DNA from: Verrucomicrobiota bacterium
GTDB lineage: Bacteria; Verrucomicrobiota; Verrucomicrobiia; Chthoniobacterales; UBA10450
DNA length: 64,000 bases
Assembly (NCBI GenBank): GCA_041167585.1
Contig: JBEEHV010000005.1
Span: 13,883-77,882 of the forward strand
Reading direction: 5' to 3'
The notes beneath the pieces were generated by a model. The model saw only the letters and a program-made list of their open reading frames with translations, was not told where the DNA came from and ran no database searches. The position numbers and the translations under genes were made by a program. This document shows, in pieces, positions 63,487-64,000 of the stretch (positions are counted from its first letter, which is position 1; every line of letters begins with the position of its first letter).

Positions 63487-63543
63487 TCTTGCCGCGAGCT
63501 CGGAGAAGTTGACGATGTGGGCGTTTCACGGCCCCGCTTGCGG

Positions 63544-64000
63544 TCAGCGCTTCTTGCGCAAACGTTCGCCATCCGGAGTAACTAAAGCATCCTTTTCCCG
63601 CTTGAGGCTAAAGGTTTCACCCTGGCTGTCTTTGAATCTAAGTGTGCCGCTGTCACTGGTGTATGTTCCGGTAAAGGACTTCCCGCCCTCTTTTGCCTCA
63701 AACCTCCCGTCAGCTCCTAATGTCATCGACCGCTTGTCGCTGACGTATGTCCCGGCCAGGTTAATCGAGTCCAGGATCTGATAGGCGCGCTCCTCGTCGG
63801 TTTTCGGATCTAGTTTCGGCTTTTGTGCCGGCGTATCCCTCGGCGCGGCGTTGGGACGAGTGGCGGCCGTCCCGCTGATCTTTAATGACGAAAAGATCGC
63901 GTCTACCGCGTGGTGGAATTTCTCGTCCAGCTTCTTCGGTGTGAGAAACCGCAGCGTGACGAGTTGATTTTTCGCAACTTCAACGATTACCCCCACCTCT
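63544..64000 (-). CDS. secreted protein, member 3 of the paralog family (N-terminus beyond the window)
   Basis: LAGTYVSDKRSMTLGADGRFEAKEGGKSFTGTYTSDSGTLRFKDSQGETFSLKREKDALVTPDGERL. The frame is open to the window end. Confidence 0.75.
   Translation of the reverse strand, partial: EVGVIVEVAKNQLVTLRFLTPKKLDEKFHHAVDAIFSSLKISGTAATRPNAAPRDTPAQKPKLDPKTDEERAYQILDSINLAGTYVSDKRSMTLGADGRFEAKEGGKSFTGTYTSDSGTLRFKDSQGETFSLKREKDALVTPDGERLRKKR

Overview
This is a 64-kb high-GC bacterial chromosomal window. Hand-counted 60-nt lines give about 65% G+C in core genes and about 43-52% in the accessory block. Gene content and repeat types suggest a soil Verrucomicrobiota- or Acidobacteriota-like organism, but that is inference only.

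- **1-15.8 kb, core and envelope genes.** A Tgt transglycosylase fused to an MnmC-type methyltransferase, a PD40-propeller/M28 peptidase/PDZ protein, Fic, a Ser/Thr kinase with a YD-repeat ectodomain, two transporters, a metallophosphoesterase, and SRPBCC and desaturase genes.
- **15.8-33.5 kb, two-component signalling island.** Seven kinase-type and eight receiver-type genes. These include two convergent paralogous modules whose lead kinases begin with 21-bp (heptad) tandem repeats, a truncated kinase between them, an XRE-HTH::REC fusion and a pseudo-receiver LuxR protein.
- **33.5-36.2 kb.** cNMP-binding, PRC-barrel and Zn-ADH genes.
- **36.2-47.8 kb, accessory core.** Two minus-strand arrays of short unrelated ORFs are separated by imperfect palindromes bounded by RYYYAAC...GTTRRRY, which I read as integron attC sites. 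There are 5 + 3 cassettes and no intI in the window, so the arrays are CALIN-like (clusters of attC sites lacking an integrase).
  - The arrays are split by a 6.3-kb block carrying a LuxR regulator, an FN3 protein and a strictly 42-bp-phased box array.
  - The block also carries an AT-richer three-gene operon: a small basic protein, a TIR-like protein of the CAP12/Pycsar-effector type, and a PLD/MIT_C-like protein. This operon is my best candidate for an undescribed defence system.
- **47.9-60.4 kb.** Two beta-barrel outer-membrane proteins and a second signalling operon with a 2229-aa hybrid kinase and a truncated KaiC-like ATPase.
- **60.9-64 kb.** tRNA-Leu(UAG), a decayed partial copy of it, and three tandem paralogous secreted proteins.

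No rRNA, CRISPR, transposase or integrase ORF was seen. All folds and alignments were done by eye and no database search was possible.
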